Origin: Methanomassiliicoccaceae archaeon
GTDB lineage: Archaea; Thermoplasmatota; Thermoplasmata; Methanomassiliicoccales; UBA472
Assembly (NCBI GenBank): GCA_963827905.1
Contig: CAWHCB010000003.1
Coordinates: 3,005-67,004, forward strand
Direction: 5' to 3'
DNA length: 64,000 bases
The notes below the pieces were generated by a model that did no database searches, was not told the origin of the DNA, and saw only the letters and a list, made by a program, of their open reading frames with translations. The translations under genes and the position numbers were made by a program. Every line of letters starts with the position of its first letter. The first letter of the stretch is position 1. Of the stretch, positions 53,607-62,957 are shown piece after piece.

Positions 53607-53954
53607 ATGACAGAAAAGGAAGGGTACAAGAGCGAAATGCCGGACGCGCAGGAGCTAAGGGAGATATTCGAGGTGCTGTCCGAGCATGTGCCGCGGTTGC
53701 TCGAGGCGGTGACCAAGGTACTGTACAACGCCCAGGAAGGGGAGAAGTTCGGTCAATCGGTGGCCGGGTTCTACAAATCCCTCAAGGCGGCGGGGATGAG
53801 CGGACAGGAGGCCTTCGAGCTCACCAAGCAGTACATGGACACCATCAGCCTGGGTGGGCTTTTGAAGAACATGATCGGCGGCTATGGCGATGACGACGAC
53901 ATCGGGAGGGCCATCAAGAAGCGGGTGGCCAAGGAGATCGAAGAGGAGAAATGA
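53607..53954 (+). CDS. Conserved hypothetical helical protein
   Basis: GAGGTGA RBS; GEKFGQSVAGFYKSLKAAGMSGQEAFELTKQY. Confidence 0.7.
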   Translation: MTEKEGYKSEMPDAQELREIFEVLSEHVPRLLEAVTKVLYNAQEGEKFGQSVAGFYKSLKAAGMSGQEAFELTKQYMDTISLGGLLKNMIGGYGDDDDIGRAIKKRVAKEIEEEK

Positions 53955-54223
53955 TGGACCCGGAGGATAAGGAAGCGGTCCTGGTGGTGACAGCGGCCGC
54001 CCCCAAGTTGATGATCACGCTCTTCATCTCCTATCTGCGCCTCAAGCGGGCAGCGGTGCGGGCGGAGAAGGACCTGCGGCGCTCCCTGCAGGCCAACGGT
54101 GTCCCGAAAAAGGAAGCGAAGGAGCTCGCCGCGGCCTACACCGAATGGACCTCCTTGCGTTATTGGCTGAGGAGGGCGGCGTTCCCGGCCGCCCTGGAAG
54201 GGATCCGGTCCGCCGGCAAGTGA
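53951..54223 (+). CDS. Hypothetical protein (amphipathic/membrane-associated)
   Basis: ATGA overlap with previous gene; hydrophobic N-terminus; RRSLQANGVPKKEAKELAAAY. Confidence 0.65.
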   Translation: MMDPEDKEAVLVVTAAAPKLMITLFISYLRLKRAAVRAEKDLRRSLQANGVPKKEAKELAAAYTEWTSLRYWLRRAAFPAALEGIRSAGK

Positions 54224-54230
54224 TCTCAAT

Positions 54231-55149
54231 TCACTGCCGGATCAGATACTCGGCCACGCCGAAGCCGACCTCTTCGTCCATCTTGAACCGGGTGAGGGTC
54301 TCCCACATCACGGCGTGGTGCTTCTTGTCCTCGCCCTCGAAGTGCATCATGGCCTTGCGCTTGGTGACGCCCTTCACGCCGTACACGTTGCCATCCTTGT
54401 CATAGAACGCCATGTACAGCTCGGTCGGGCTGCCGTCCGCCTGGAACTCCTTGGCCACGTCCACCTTGACGATGGGGATCATCTCGCCGTCCAAGTACAG
54501 GAAGCCAGCGTCGACATCGCCCTTGTCCATCTCCAGCTTGGTGATGTTGAAGGCGAACTTCTCGTTGAACTGGCAGGTGACCCAGAGCCACAGGCGGGGG
54601 GCGGTCCATTCCCTGACGCCCCAGGAGTGGTCCCTCTCGCCCAAGGCGCGGACCACGAACTCCCGATCCTCGACCTTGACCGTGCCTATGAAATGTCCGA
54701 CCTGCTCGATGTGCTCGGCCGCCACCTGCTGGGCGATCTTCTCCTTCTCCGGCGTCACGCAGTTGCGGTAGTCGAACTGAGGGGTGATGGCATCGAAGTC
54801 CAGGGCGAACGAGACCTTGACCGGCTTGACCTCGCCCTTGTCCATTTGCATTGAGCTCTCCCTCATAGGAGAGGTTCCACTTCTTCTCCGCCTCGACCGC
54901 GGTGAACTTGAGGCCCTTGGCGCTCAGCTCGTTGTCTTCCATCTCGACGTTCTCTTTGAGGCCCACGATGGAGCCGTCCGGCATGAGGAAGAAGCAGAAG
55001 AGCGCCTTCTCCTTCTTGTTCGGCTTCATACCGATGCGCATGAAGCCGCAAAGGTCGTTGCCGCGATCATAGAAATTGAAGTAAAAACTCTCGTTCCAGT
55101 CCTTTTGCTCTCCGACCTCATGAAGCATATCGTAATCCAAATCGATCAA
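54231..55149 (-). CDS. AttH/tocopherol-cyclase-like double beta-barrel protein of unknown function, one frameshift near 54855
   Basis: DWNESFYFNFYD, GFMRIG, HIEQVGHFIGTV, GERDHSWGVREW, GFGVAEYL; TTG start overlaps the upstream TGA. Confidence 0.65.
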
Positions 55150-57762
55150 CCTTCCAACACGTAAATCGTGCCTTCGTTGCCGTCAAGGGTTATCCTCTGC
55201 CCCGTCTTGAAGATTTTCGTTGCACCCTTGACCGCGGTGACCGCCGGGAGGCCGTATTCGCGCGAAACCACCGCCCCGTGCGACAGCACCCCGCCGGTCT
55301 CGGTGATCAGTCCCCCGATCTTGCTGAACACCGCCGTCCAGCCCGGGTCGGTGTTGGTCGTGACCAGGATCTCGTGGTCCCGCACCTCGCCCAGCTGCTC
55401 GATGGAATCGACCACGCGAACGATGCCAGTGCACGTTCCCGGGCTGGCCGAGGTGCCGACGATCCTCAGGCCGTCCCCTTGCCATATGACCGTGTCGTCG
55501 AACTCGGTGTTCCCTCGCAGGAACTTCGGGGGCAGTCGGTCCTTGTAGCGCATGAACTCCTTCCGCCTCTGCTCCACCGTCCTCTTCAGCTCCTCTGACG
55601 GCTGCCCTGGCATTTGGAATATCTCCTCCTTGCTCAGGAAGAAGATGTCATCGACGCCTTCCAGCAACCCTCTCTCCTTGAACCTGCGGCCATACTCCAT
55701 GAAGAGGCGGCGCCAGCGATAGAGGATGTGGTCCAGGTAGAAGCGCTGGTTCTCCCGGAACATGAGATAGGTCTGGGCATACCCGAGGACGGTCTTGAAC
55801 AGCTTGCGGCGCAGGTAGCCGTAACGCATCTTGCCTATCGCGGCCAGTATCTCCCGCTCCGCCTCCATGCGCTCCTTGACCTTGTTCCGCTCCATCTCTT
55901 CCAGGTCAATTTGCGGCGACCGGACCAGCGCCCTCAATATGTCGACCACCAGGGCGGGGTCGTCCGCCCAGCGGGGGAAGTAGATCTCGCGGGTGTGGGA
56001 CCTCTGGCCATAGGCATCGAGGAACTCCAGGAGCTCGATGCGATAATCTGAGTACATGGGCTGGGTCCAGAGCTCCTCAAGGAACTGCTCGGACGATAGC
56101 TCCTGCAGGCGTCTCGCCACGGCGGCATCCTCCCTGGCCTTGTCGGCCAGCTTGGCCAAGGCCATGTTGGTCTCGATGGTCTTGTTGCCCTTCAGCCCGG
56201 AGATGACCTTGGAGTAGAGCACGCCCGACCTATCGTCCAACCAGTCGGTCAACCAGCGCTTCACCATCAGGTTCGTTCCGATGGAGTGGGTCACCATGCC
56301 ATAGCGGATCAGGCGGAAGTGCTTCAGGTAGGCCTGCTCCATGGCCAGGAACTCCTGGTGCAACCGTTCGTCCTCCACCTTGGTCAGGTCCAGGGCGTCG
56401 AAGGGACCTACCGCCTCCATGTAATCCCTCCGTCCACCGCTGGTAGGCCTTGTCGGTCCGGAATATGGTGCCGTCCCGGTCCAGCACCGCGATGCGGACC
56501 TCCGCCCACAGGCGTTTGCCCACCTTGGTCTTGACGTTGGCGATGCGTTCCTGGTCCTTCACCGGGAAGTAGTTGAGCAGCTCCTTGGTGCGTGAGAATC
56601 GGGGGTTGTAGGTGAAGACCTCCTCCAACACCTCGGTGTTGAAGTAGATGTGGCCCTTGTGCACCCGCAGCAGCACCTTGTCGGTGAGGTCCTTGTAACC
56701 CATGATCTCGCTGCCCTCGTGGTTCACGTACTTGGTGAGATACTCTCCAAGCAACGAGTAGAACAGCGGCGAGGTGACATCGGCCCAGTATTCGTCCCCG
56801 TAGGCCCTGGTCCACAGGGTCCGGTCCTTGACCAGGGTGGTGATGGGACGGGACTGCAGGATGTATACCGAACTTCCGTCCATGGCCCACTCGATGTCCT
56901 GGGGCGACCCGAAGTGGTCCTCCAGTCTCAGACCGGTGCGGGCCAGTTCCTCCGCTTGCCCTGGCTCCAGGGTGGGCTTGGTCTGCAGGTCCTCCGGGAG
57001 GGCGGTCGCCTCGGCCGAGCTCAGATGGAAGGCCTTTTCCTTCCGGTTGATCTGGCGATGCTCCAGTTTGCAGCTCCGGCCGTCGCATGTGTAGCGGTCC
57101 GGACTGACCATGCCGGAGGCCACGGCCTCTCCCAGGCCGAACGCCGCCTCGATGACGACCTTGTCATCGCCGGTCACGGGGTCCTTGGTGAACATGATCC
57201 CTGAGCTTACCGCATCCACCATCCTCTGCACGATGACCGCCATGCCCGTGCGCAGGTGAGGCACCTCGTTGTTGTGACGATAGGTCATGGCCCTCTCGTT
57301 CCAGTAGGAGGCCCAGCATCGTTTCACATGCTCCGCCACCGCCTCCTTCCCGATGCCAAGATAAGTGTCCTGCTGCCCGGCGAACGACGCGTCGCCCAGG
57401 TCCTCCGCGATGGCGGACGATCGCACCGCCCAAAGACGATCGGAGGCGAGCCTGTCCCGCAGCCCTGCCAACAGCTCATCGCGCAGAGGCCTCGCCATCA
57501 TGGCCCTCTTGATCTCTTGGGAGGCCTTCTGCACTGCCAGGGCGTCATCGAAATCAGTGCCCTCAAGGACCTTGGCGATCTCCTCGGTCAGCCCATCGGC
57601 CCGGAGGAAGGAATCATACTCCATTGCCGGCACCACCAACGCCCAAGGCACCGGAAAGCCCGCCGATAGAAGGTTGGCCAGGTTCGCCGCCTTCGGCCCG
57701 ACCAGCCCGATGTCCCCCTCCCCGACCTCCTCCAAGGACAGGACGGTCTTCGCAGCTGTCAT
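55146..57762 (-). CDS. PEP-utilising-family enzyme with ATP-grasp, central domain and C-terminal phosphohistidine swivel (rifampin phosphotransferase/PigC architecture), one frameshift near 56425
   Basis: GPKAANL, AVRSSAIAEDLGDASFAGQQDTYL, QDIEWA, LQSRPITT; C-terminal TDPGWT, ETGGVLSHGAVVSREYGLPAV; no PEP/pyruvate TIM barrel. Confidence 0.88.
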
Positions 57763-57862
57763 GCCATTGATTTGGACCAGGCCCCCAGCCGGCTTAGACC
57801 TTCCATCAACAAAATGCTTTGCCCCTCCAATTATTTCTAAAGGAAGGGCCATTGAGGCCCTG

Positions 57863-58636
57863 ATGCTCGATATCCTGAACGAAATCGCCGACCGGGTGGC
57901 CGAGAAGGTCAGACCGAGATGGCGCGAGGCCTGCATGGGCGAGGAGCTGGAGATGGGGGCGGACGGCACCCCCACCTTGTTGATCGACCGTCTGGCCGAG
58001 GAGATCATCATAGACCACGTCAAGCGCTCCGGACTATCCTGGGACATACTGAGCGAGGAGGCGGGCCGAGTAGGGGATGGCGGGGACAGGACCTTGGTCA
58101 TCGACCCCATCGACGGCACCTACAACGCGATCATGGGAATACCGTTCTACAGCGTGTCATTGGCCCTGGGCAGGGAGAGCATGTGCGACGTCGACACCGC
58201 GGTGGTGCTGAACCTGGTGACCGGCGACCGGTACACCGCCATCAAGGGCAAGGGGGCCTGGTTGAACGGATGTCGTATCCAGACCAGGAAGCTGGACCTC
58301 AAGCAGGCGGTGTTCCTGGTCTACATGGGGCATTTCGCCACCGACAAGGACTTCCGCATGGCCCGGATGGGGCGGAGATGCCGCTCCCTCGGGTGCAGCT
58401 CCCTGGAACTGGCCTTGGTGGCCCAGGGCAGCGCCGACGGCTATTACCTTCACACGGACGTCTACGAGAAGGCCATCCGCGTGGTGGACATCGCCGCCGC
58501 GGCCTTGATCCTGCGCGAGGCCGGCGGGGACCTCGTCGATCTTAAAGGAGGCAGGTTGGACATGCCCTTCGACCTGAGCACGAGAAGTAACTTCTTAGCC
58601 TATGGCGACGAATCTATGCGCGAGGTGCTGCGATGA
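57863..58636 (+). CDS. Inositol monophosphatase / FBPase / NADP phosphatase family protein
   Basis: MGADGTPT, LSEEAG, IDPIDGTYN, RSLG, RVVDIAAA. Confidence 0.9.
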   Translation: MLDILNEIADRVAEKVRPRWREACMGEELEMGADGTPTLLIDRLAEEIIIDHVKRSGLSWDILSEEAGRVGDGGDRTLVIDPIDGTYNAIMGIPFYSVSLALGRESMCDVDTAVVLNLVTGDRYTAIKGKGAWLNGCRIQTRKLDLKQAVFLVYMGHFATDKDFRMARMGRRCRSLGCSSLELALVAQGSADGYYLHTDVYEKAIRVVDIAAAALILREAGGDLVDLKGGRLDMPFDLSTRSNFLAYGDESMREVLR

Positions 58637-59442
58637 GATTCGGCATGAGCGTCAACATGGACATACCGGACGCACCCCGTCTGGCCAAGAAGGTGCTGGG
58701 GCTATTGAAGGGGCACGAGGTGCTGCTGGAGAACGAGGTCGCGGCCCGGCTCAAGCGCCCCGGCATGAAATTGGACGACATGGACGTGGACATGGTGGTG
58801 GCGGTGGGCGGGGACGGCACCATCCTCAGGGCTTTGCAGCACAACGCCGCCCCTTTGTTCGGCATCAACGCCGGCGACCTCGGTTTCCTCACCACGGTCA
58901 CGGAGGAGGAGATGGAGGAGGGCGTGGAGAACATCCTCAACGGCAATTACTCCTTGGAATCCCGCAGCAAGCTGCAGACGATGGTCGGCGGCAAGCGCCT
59001 GCGCGACGCCGTGAACGAGGCGGTGGTGCACACCGCCCAGATCGCCAAGATCCGCCACTTCCAGGTCCACGTCGACAACGAGCTCGCCATCAATGTCCGG
59101 GCGGACGGCATCATCGTCTCCACCCCGACCGGCTCCACCTGCTACGCCATGAGCGTCGGTGCCCCGTTGGTCGACCCCAGGGTGGACGCGCTGGTCATCG
59201 TGCCCATGGCCCCTTTCAAGTTCGCCGCCAGGCCGGTGGTGGTGCCCTCGAGCAGCAAGATCACCCTGCGCGTGATGCGGCCGAAGGAGTGCTTGGTGGT
59301 CATCGACGGCCAGGACTCGGAGCTGATGGCCGGCAATGAGACGGTGGAGTTCACCATGGCCTCGACCAAGGCGCGCTTCGTCACCTTCGGCAAAGGCTTC
59401 TACACGCGTACCCGGGAGAAGCTGATGGGGTCCCTATGCTGA
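58633..59442 (+). CDS. nadK: NAD kinase
   Basis: GGDGTILR, GINAGDLGFLT, NE, ADGIIVSTPTGSTCYAMSVG. Confidence 0.95.
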   Translation: MRFGMSVNMDIPDAPRLAKKVLGLLKGHEVLLENEVAARLKRPGMKLDDMDVDMVVAVGGDGTILRALQHNAAPLFGINAGDLGFLTTVTEEEMEEGVENILNGNYSLESRSKLQTMVGGKRLRDAVNEAVVHTAQIAKIRHFQVHVDNELAINVRADGIIVSTPTGSTCYAMSVGAPLVDPRVDALVIVPMAPFKFAARPVVVPSSSKITLRVMRPKECLVVIDGQDSELMAGNETVEFTMASTKARFVTFGKGFYTRTREKLMGSLC

Positions 59443-59816
59443 AAAGACCCCACGGCATTTACCGCGAGGTGCTGGAGATGGTCATCGACGTGGCCAAGAG
59501 CAGCCATCCCCGGGAGTTCGTGGCCCTGCTCCACCAGGAGGACGGGGTCATCGACGAGCTGCATTTCCTTCCCGGAACGACCTCCAACGAGGACAGTGCC
59601 TATCTCCTGTTGCACATGCGCCCCATCGACCTCAACATATGCGGCACGGTGCACTCCCATCCCGGACCATCGTTCCGGCCCTCGGGCGCGGACCTGAGCC
59701 TGTTCAATCGCTTCGGGAGCACTCACATCATCATGTGCCTGCCTTACGAAATGAGGAGCTGGCAGGCGTACGACCACGAGGGAAGGCGCATCTCCCTGCA
59801 GATCGTCGATGAGTGA
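59436..59816 (+). CDS. JAMM/MPN+ (Mov34) metalloprotease
   Basis: HPRE...GTVHSHPGPSFRPSGADL (E...HxH...S..D). Confidence 0.9.
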   Translation: MLKRPHGIYREVLEMVIDVAKSSHPREFVALLHQEDGVIDELHFLPGTTSNEDSAYLLLHMRPIDLNICGTVHSHPGPSFRPSGADLSLFNRFGSTHIIMCLPYEMRSWQAYDHEGRRISLQIVDE

Positions 59817-61043
59817 TCAGAAGACGCGCGAGTCCGGACCGATGTTCCCCCGGGCCAGGGTGCCCATGCCGATGGTGCATCTCTCCCAGATGATGGTGCC
59901 CGGTTCGATCATGCTGTTGATGCCGGTCTTGACGTCATCGCCCATGATCACGCCCAGCTTCCTCAGTCCGGTGTCGATGAGCTCGTCGCGGAACGTGACC
60001 TTGATGGTGCGGTTGTCGAAACGGAGGTTGGCCACCTTGGTGCCCGCGCCGAAGTTGCACCGCTCCCCGATCACGCTGTCACCCACGTAGTTGTGGTGGG
60101 GGATGTGGGTGCCGGCCATGACGATGCTGTTCTTCACCTCGACCGAGGCCCCGATCTTGACCTTCTCCGCCAGGCTGGTCGCCGGTCGGATATAGCAGTT
60201 CGGGCCGACCTCGCAGCCCTTGGATATGTACACCGGTCCTTGGACATAGGCGCCGCTGCGCACCACCGCCCCCTCCTCCACCACCACGTTCCCTTTCAGG
60301 ACCGCCCCCTCCTCCACCTCGCCCCGGATGTCGCGCTGGACCTCCGACATCAGGATCTCGTTGGCCTTGAGCAGGTCCCAGGGCCGCCCCACATCCATCC
60401 AGTAACCTTCCAGACGTTGGACCACCAGGTCGTTGGCGGCGGCGAACAGGTTGAGCGTGTCGGTTATCTCGAACTCCCCGCGGGGGGACCTCACGGTCCT
60501 GCGGATGTAAGGGAATATCTCAGGGGTGAGGATGAACATGCCCGCGTTGATCAGGTCGCCCGGGGGGTCCTTGGGCTTCTCGACGATGCGTGCCATGCGG
60601 CCCTCCCTCTCGTCGATGACGCCGAAGCGGGAAGGGTCCTGCACGCGGACGGCGCATATCATGGCCTTGCGCTCCCTGCGATAGCGGTCCACCGCCGCCT
60701 TGATGTCCTGTCTCGATAGGAGCACGTCCCCGTTGAGGCATACGAACTCCTCATCGATGTGGCCCTCGGCGATGCCGATGGCGTTCGCCGTCCCCAAGCG
60801 CTCCTTCTGCTCCAGGAAGTTGATTTTCAGGCCCAGGCTCGAGCCGTCGCCGTAATGCTCCTTGATGCGGTTGGCCTTCCAACCCACCAGGATGGTGACG
60901 TCCTCCACCCCGGCCGAGCGCAGCGATTCCATGAGGTGGGTCAGGTACGGTTTGCCTGCCAACGTCAGCAATGGCTTCGGTATGTTGGAGGTGAGCGGTC
61001 TGAGCCTGGTCCCCTCTCCTGCGGCAAGGATGAACGCCTTCAT
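59817..61043 (-). CDS. glmU: Bifunctional sugar-1-P nucleotidylyltransferase/acetyltransferase (archaeal GlmU)
   Basis: ILAAGEGTRLRPLT, LGTANAI, VEKP, SPRGEFEITD, hexapeptide region, HHNYVGDS, GAGTKVANLR. Confidence 0.93.
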   Translation of the reverse strand: MKAFILAAGEGTRLRPLTSNIPKPLLTLAGKPYLTHLMESLRSAGVEDVTILVGWKANRIKEHYGDGSSLGLKINFLEQKERLGTANAIGIAEGHIDEEFVCLNGDVLLSRQDIKAAVDRYRRERKAMICAVRVQDPSRFGVIDEREGRMARIVEKPKDPPGDLINAGMFILTPEIFPYIRRTVRSPRGEFEITDTLNLFAAANDLVVQRLEGYWMDVGRPWDLLKANEILMSEVQRDIRGEVEEGAVLKGNVVVEEGAVVRSGAYVQGPVYISKGCEVGPNCYIRPATSLAEKVKIGASVEVKNSIVMAGTHIPHHNYVGDSVIGERCNFGAGTKVANLRFDNRTIKVTFRDELIDTGLRKLGVIMGDDVKTGINSMIEPGTIIWERCTIGMGTLARGNIGPDSRVF

Positions 61044-62347
61044 TTCAGGCACCTCTTCACTATGCCCCTCCCCAGGTTCATGAGGCGGTCCACCTCCTCC
61101 TTGTTCCTGGCCTCGGCATTGACGCGGACCTTGGGCTCGGTGCCGGAGAGCCGGACCAGGAACCAACCGTCCTGGAACTCCGCGCGCCAGCCGTCCACGG
61201 TGATGAGGCGGTTGCACTTGAGGTTGGCCATCTCCCCCCCGATCTTGCCCCGGACTATGTCCCTCTCTTGGGATTGGAACATGAAGGACTCCCGGGCGGA
61301 GGGATAGGAAGGTAAGGCGTCGACCAGCTCGGAGAGACGGTTCTCCGCCACACATTTGGCCAGAAGGGCCGCGGCATACACGCCGTCCGGACAGTAGGTC
61401 TGCCGGGGGAAGATGAAGGTGCCCGACGGCTCGCCTCCGAAGGGGAAGCCGGTCTTCTTGAGCGCCTCCGCCACGTAGACATCGCCCACCTTGGTGCGGA
61501 CCACGTTGCCATCGACCATGTCGTCCAACACCATCGAGGCGTCGATCGGCGCCACGATGCCGTCCGCCTCCACCAACGAGGCGAACAAGGCCAGCAACCG
61601 GTCCCCGTCGATGAAGCGGCCGTTCTCGTCCATGGCCACCATGCGGTCGCCGTCGCCATCGTGGGCGATGCCCAGGTCCGCGCTCTTGGCCAACACGGCA
61701 TGGCGCAGGTCGCCCAGCTGCTCCTCGGTCGGTTCAGGCAGTCGACCGGGGAAGTATCCGTCGGGCTGGGCGTTCAGGCTGAGCACGCTGCAGCCCATCT
61801 CGCGCAGGAGGATGGGGGTGATGGTGGTGGTGGCCCCGCAGCCGCAGTCCACCACCACGTTGACATGGCATTGGCCCAGGGAGCGCATCACCTCTTGGAT
61901 GTGGTCATGGATGGCGCCGGCGTAATGGCTCTGCTGCCCCACTTTCCTCCATCCAGGCATGGTCTTGGAGGGTTCGGTGATGAGGCTCTCCACCTCGTCC
62001 ATCTGTCGGCTGTCGAACGCGCTTCCGTCCGGGTTCCACATCTTCACGCCGTTGTACTCTGCTGGGTTGTGGGAGGCGGTGACCATGAGACCGCAGCTAT
62101 GGCCGAAGGCGGCCCGGGCCAGGGTGGGGGTGGACACCATGCCGGTCAGGTGCACATCGGCGCCAGAGGCCATGGCCCCTGCTGCCAACGCGCTCTCCAT
62201 CATGTCGCTGCTGGTGCGGCAGTCCTTGCCGATGATCACGTCCTTGTAAAGCTGCCCCACCGCGATCCCGATCCGGAGGGCGAGGCCCGCTGTGATCTCG
62301 CGGCCCACCACCCCGCGGATCCCTGACGATCCGAACAACGATGTCAT
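61040..62347 (-). CDS. glmM: Phosphoglucosamine mutase, paralogue 2 (operon with glmU)
   Basis: LFGSSGIRG, VTASHNPAEYNG, HDGDGDR, TKVGD, GGEPSG, VRLSGTEP; stop overlaps the glmU start. Confidence 0.9.
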   Translation of the reverse strand: MTSLFGSSGIRGVVGREITAGLALRIGIAVGQLYKDVIIGKDCRTSSDMMESALAAGAMASGADVHLTGMVSTPTLARAAFGHSCGLMVTASHNPAEYNGVKMWNPDGSAFDSRQMDEVESLITEPSKTMPGWRKVGQQSHYAGAIHDHIQEVMRSLGQCHVNVVVDCGCGATTTITPILLREMGCSVLSLNAQPDGYFPGRLPEPTEEQLGDLRHAVLAKSADLGIAHDGDGDRMVAMDENGRFIDGDRLLALFASLVEADGIVAPIDASMVLDDMVDGNVVRTKVGDVYVAEALKKTGFPFGGEPSGTFIFPRQTYCPDGVYAAALLAKCVAENRLSELVDALPSYPSARESFMFQSQERDIVRGKIGGEMANLKCNRLITVDGWRAEFQDGWFLVRLSGTEPKVRVNAEARNKEEVDRLMNLGRGIVKRCLK

Positions 62348-62415
62348 TTCCAGCGCGGTCATTGACATCAGCCCATATATTCTTAGCGTGCCGGCATGGA
62401 GAAAAAATGTCTTAA

Positions 62416-62616
62416 CTGGAGCATTATCCAGCATAATTTCTATGGGGGTAAAAAATAAATTAAAAATCAATCGTTAATCCGACAAAATCTGGCTATCTTG
62501 ACCGAAAAAATGGTTTATTTTATAAGTAAAATAATGTCTGGTCAGTGAGCATTATCAGATAAATATTATATATTAGTAAAGTTCATTACAATCTGGACAT
62601 AAGGCCAGTTAACTGG
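62416..62616. promoter_or_regulatory. AT-rich divergent promoter region with repeated operator-like motifs
   Basis: CTGG-N8-CCAG at 62416-62431 and 62593-62608; direct repeat GAGCATTATC at 62419 and 62547; palindrome CCAGTTAACTGG at 62605-62616; TATA-like TATTATATA near 62564. Confidence 0.55.
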
Positions 62617-62640
62617 TCTATGAATGGATGGTGATAGCAC

Positions 62641-62868
62641 ATGGTGATGGAACAGATTAGCCTGGACAAGGCGAAGGAGATTGCCAAGAAGAAGGGCCTT
62701 AAGCCCGGACGCGTCAAGGGCACCAACGGTGTTCAATTCACAAAGGGAAACAACCCGAGGCTCGAGATCGTCGATTGGAACGAGTTCGAGAAGACCCTGA
62801 ACAAGAGGTCCCTGGCCGTCTACGAGTCCGGCGGCTGGATGAAGATCATGAAGAAGGCCGGCAAGTAA
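62641..62868 (+). CDS. Small basic conserved hypothetical protein (75 aa)
   Basis: GGTGAT RBS, strong host codon bias, Lys-rich; T-rich stretch downstream. Confidence 0.85.
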   Translation: MVMEQISLDKAKEIAKKKGLKPGRVKGTNGVQFTKGNNPRLEIVDWNEFEKTLNKRSLAVYESGGWMKIMKKAGK

Positions 62869-62957
62869 GGCCCCTACTCTCTTCGAACAAACGTCTTACT
62901 TCCCTTTTTATTTCTATATGGTCAAGCCGACGCCATGACCTTTGAAGACCATTGAGC

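Noticed and set aside
718-56430. Programmed ribosomal frameshifting in split genes
   Set aside because: Breaks are numerous, in both directions, and lack a shared slippery site or stimulatory structure; sequencing error is the simpler explanation.
55146-57762. Annotation as phosphoenolpyruvate synthase (ppsA) or as a rifampicin-resistance gene
   Set aside because: The PEP/pyruvate-binding barrel is absent and the His domain is C-terminal; substrate cannot be inferred from architecture, and archaea are intrinsically rifampicin-insensitive.
56230-58636. Long overlapping divergent ORFs 56230-58119 (minus) and 57365-58636 (plus)
   Set aside because: Both are upstream extensions; motif-based starts are 57762 and 57863, leaving a normal ~100-bp divergent promoter.
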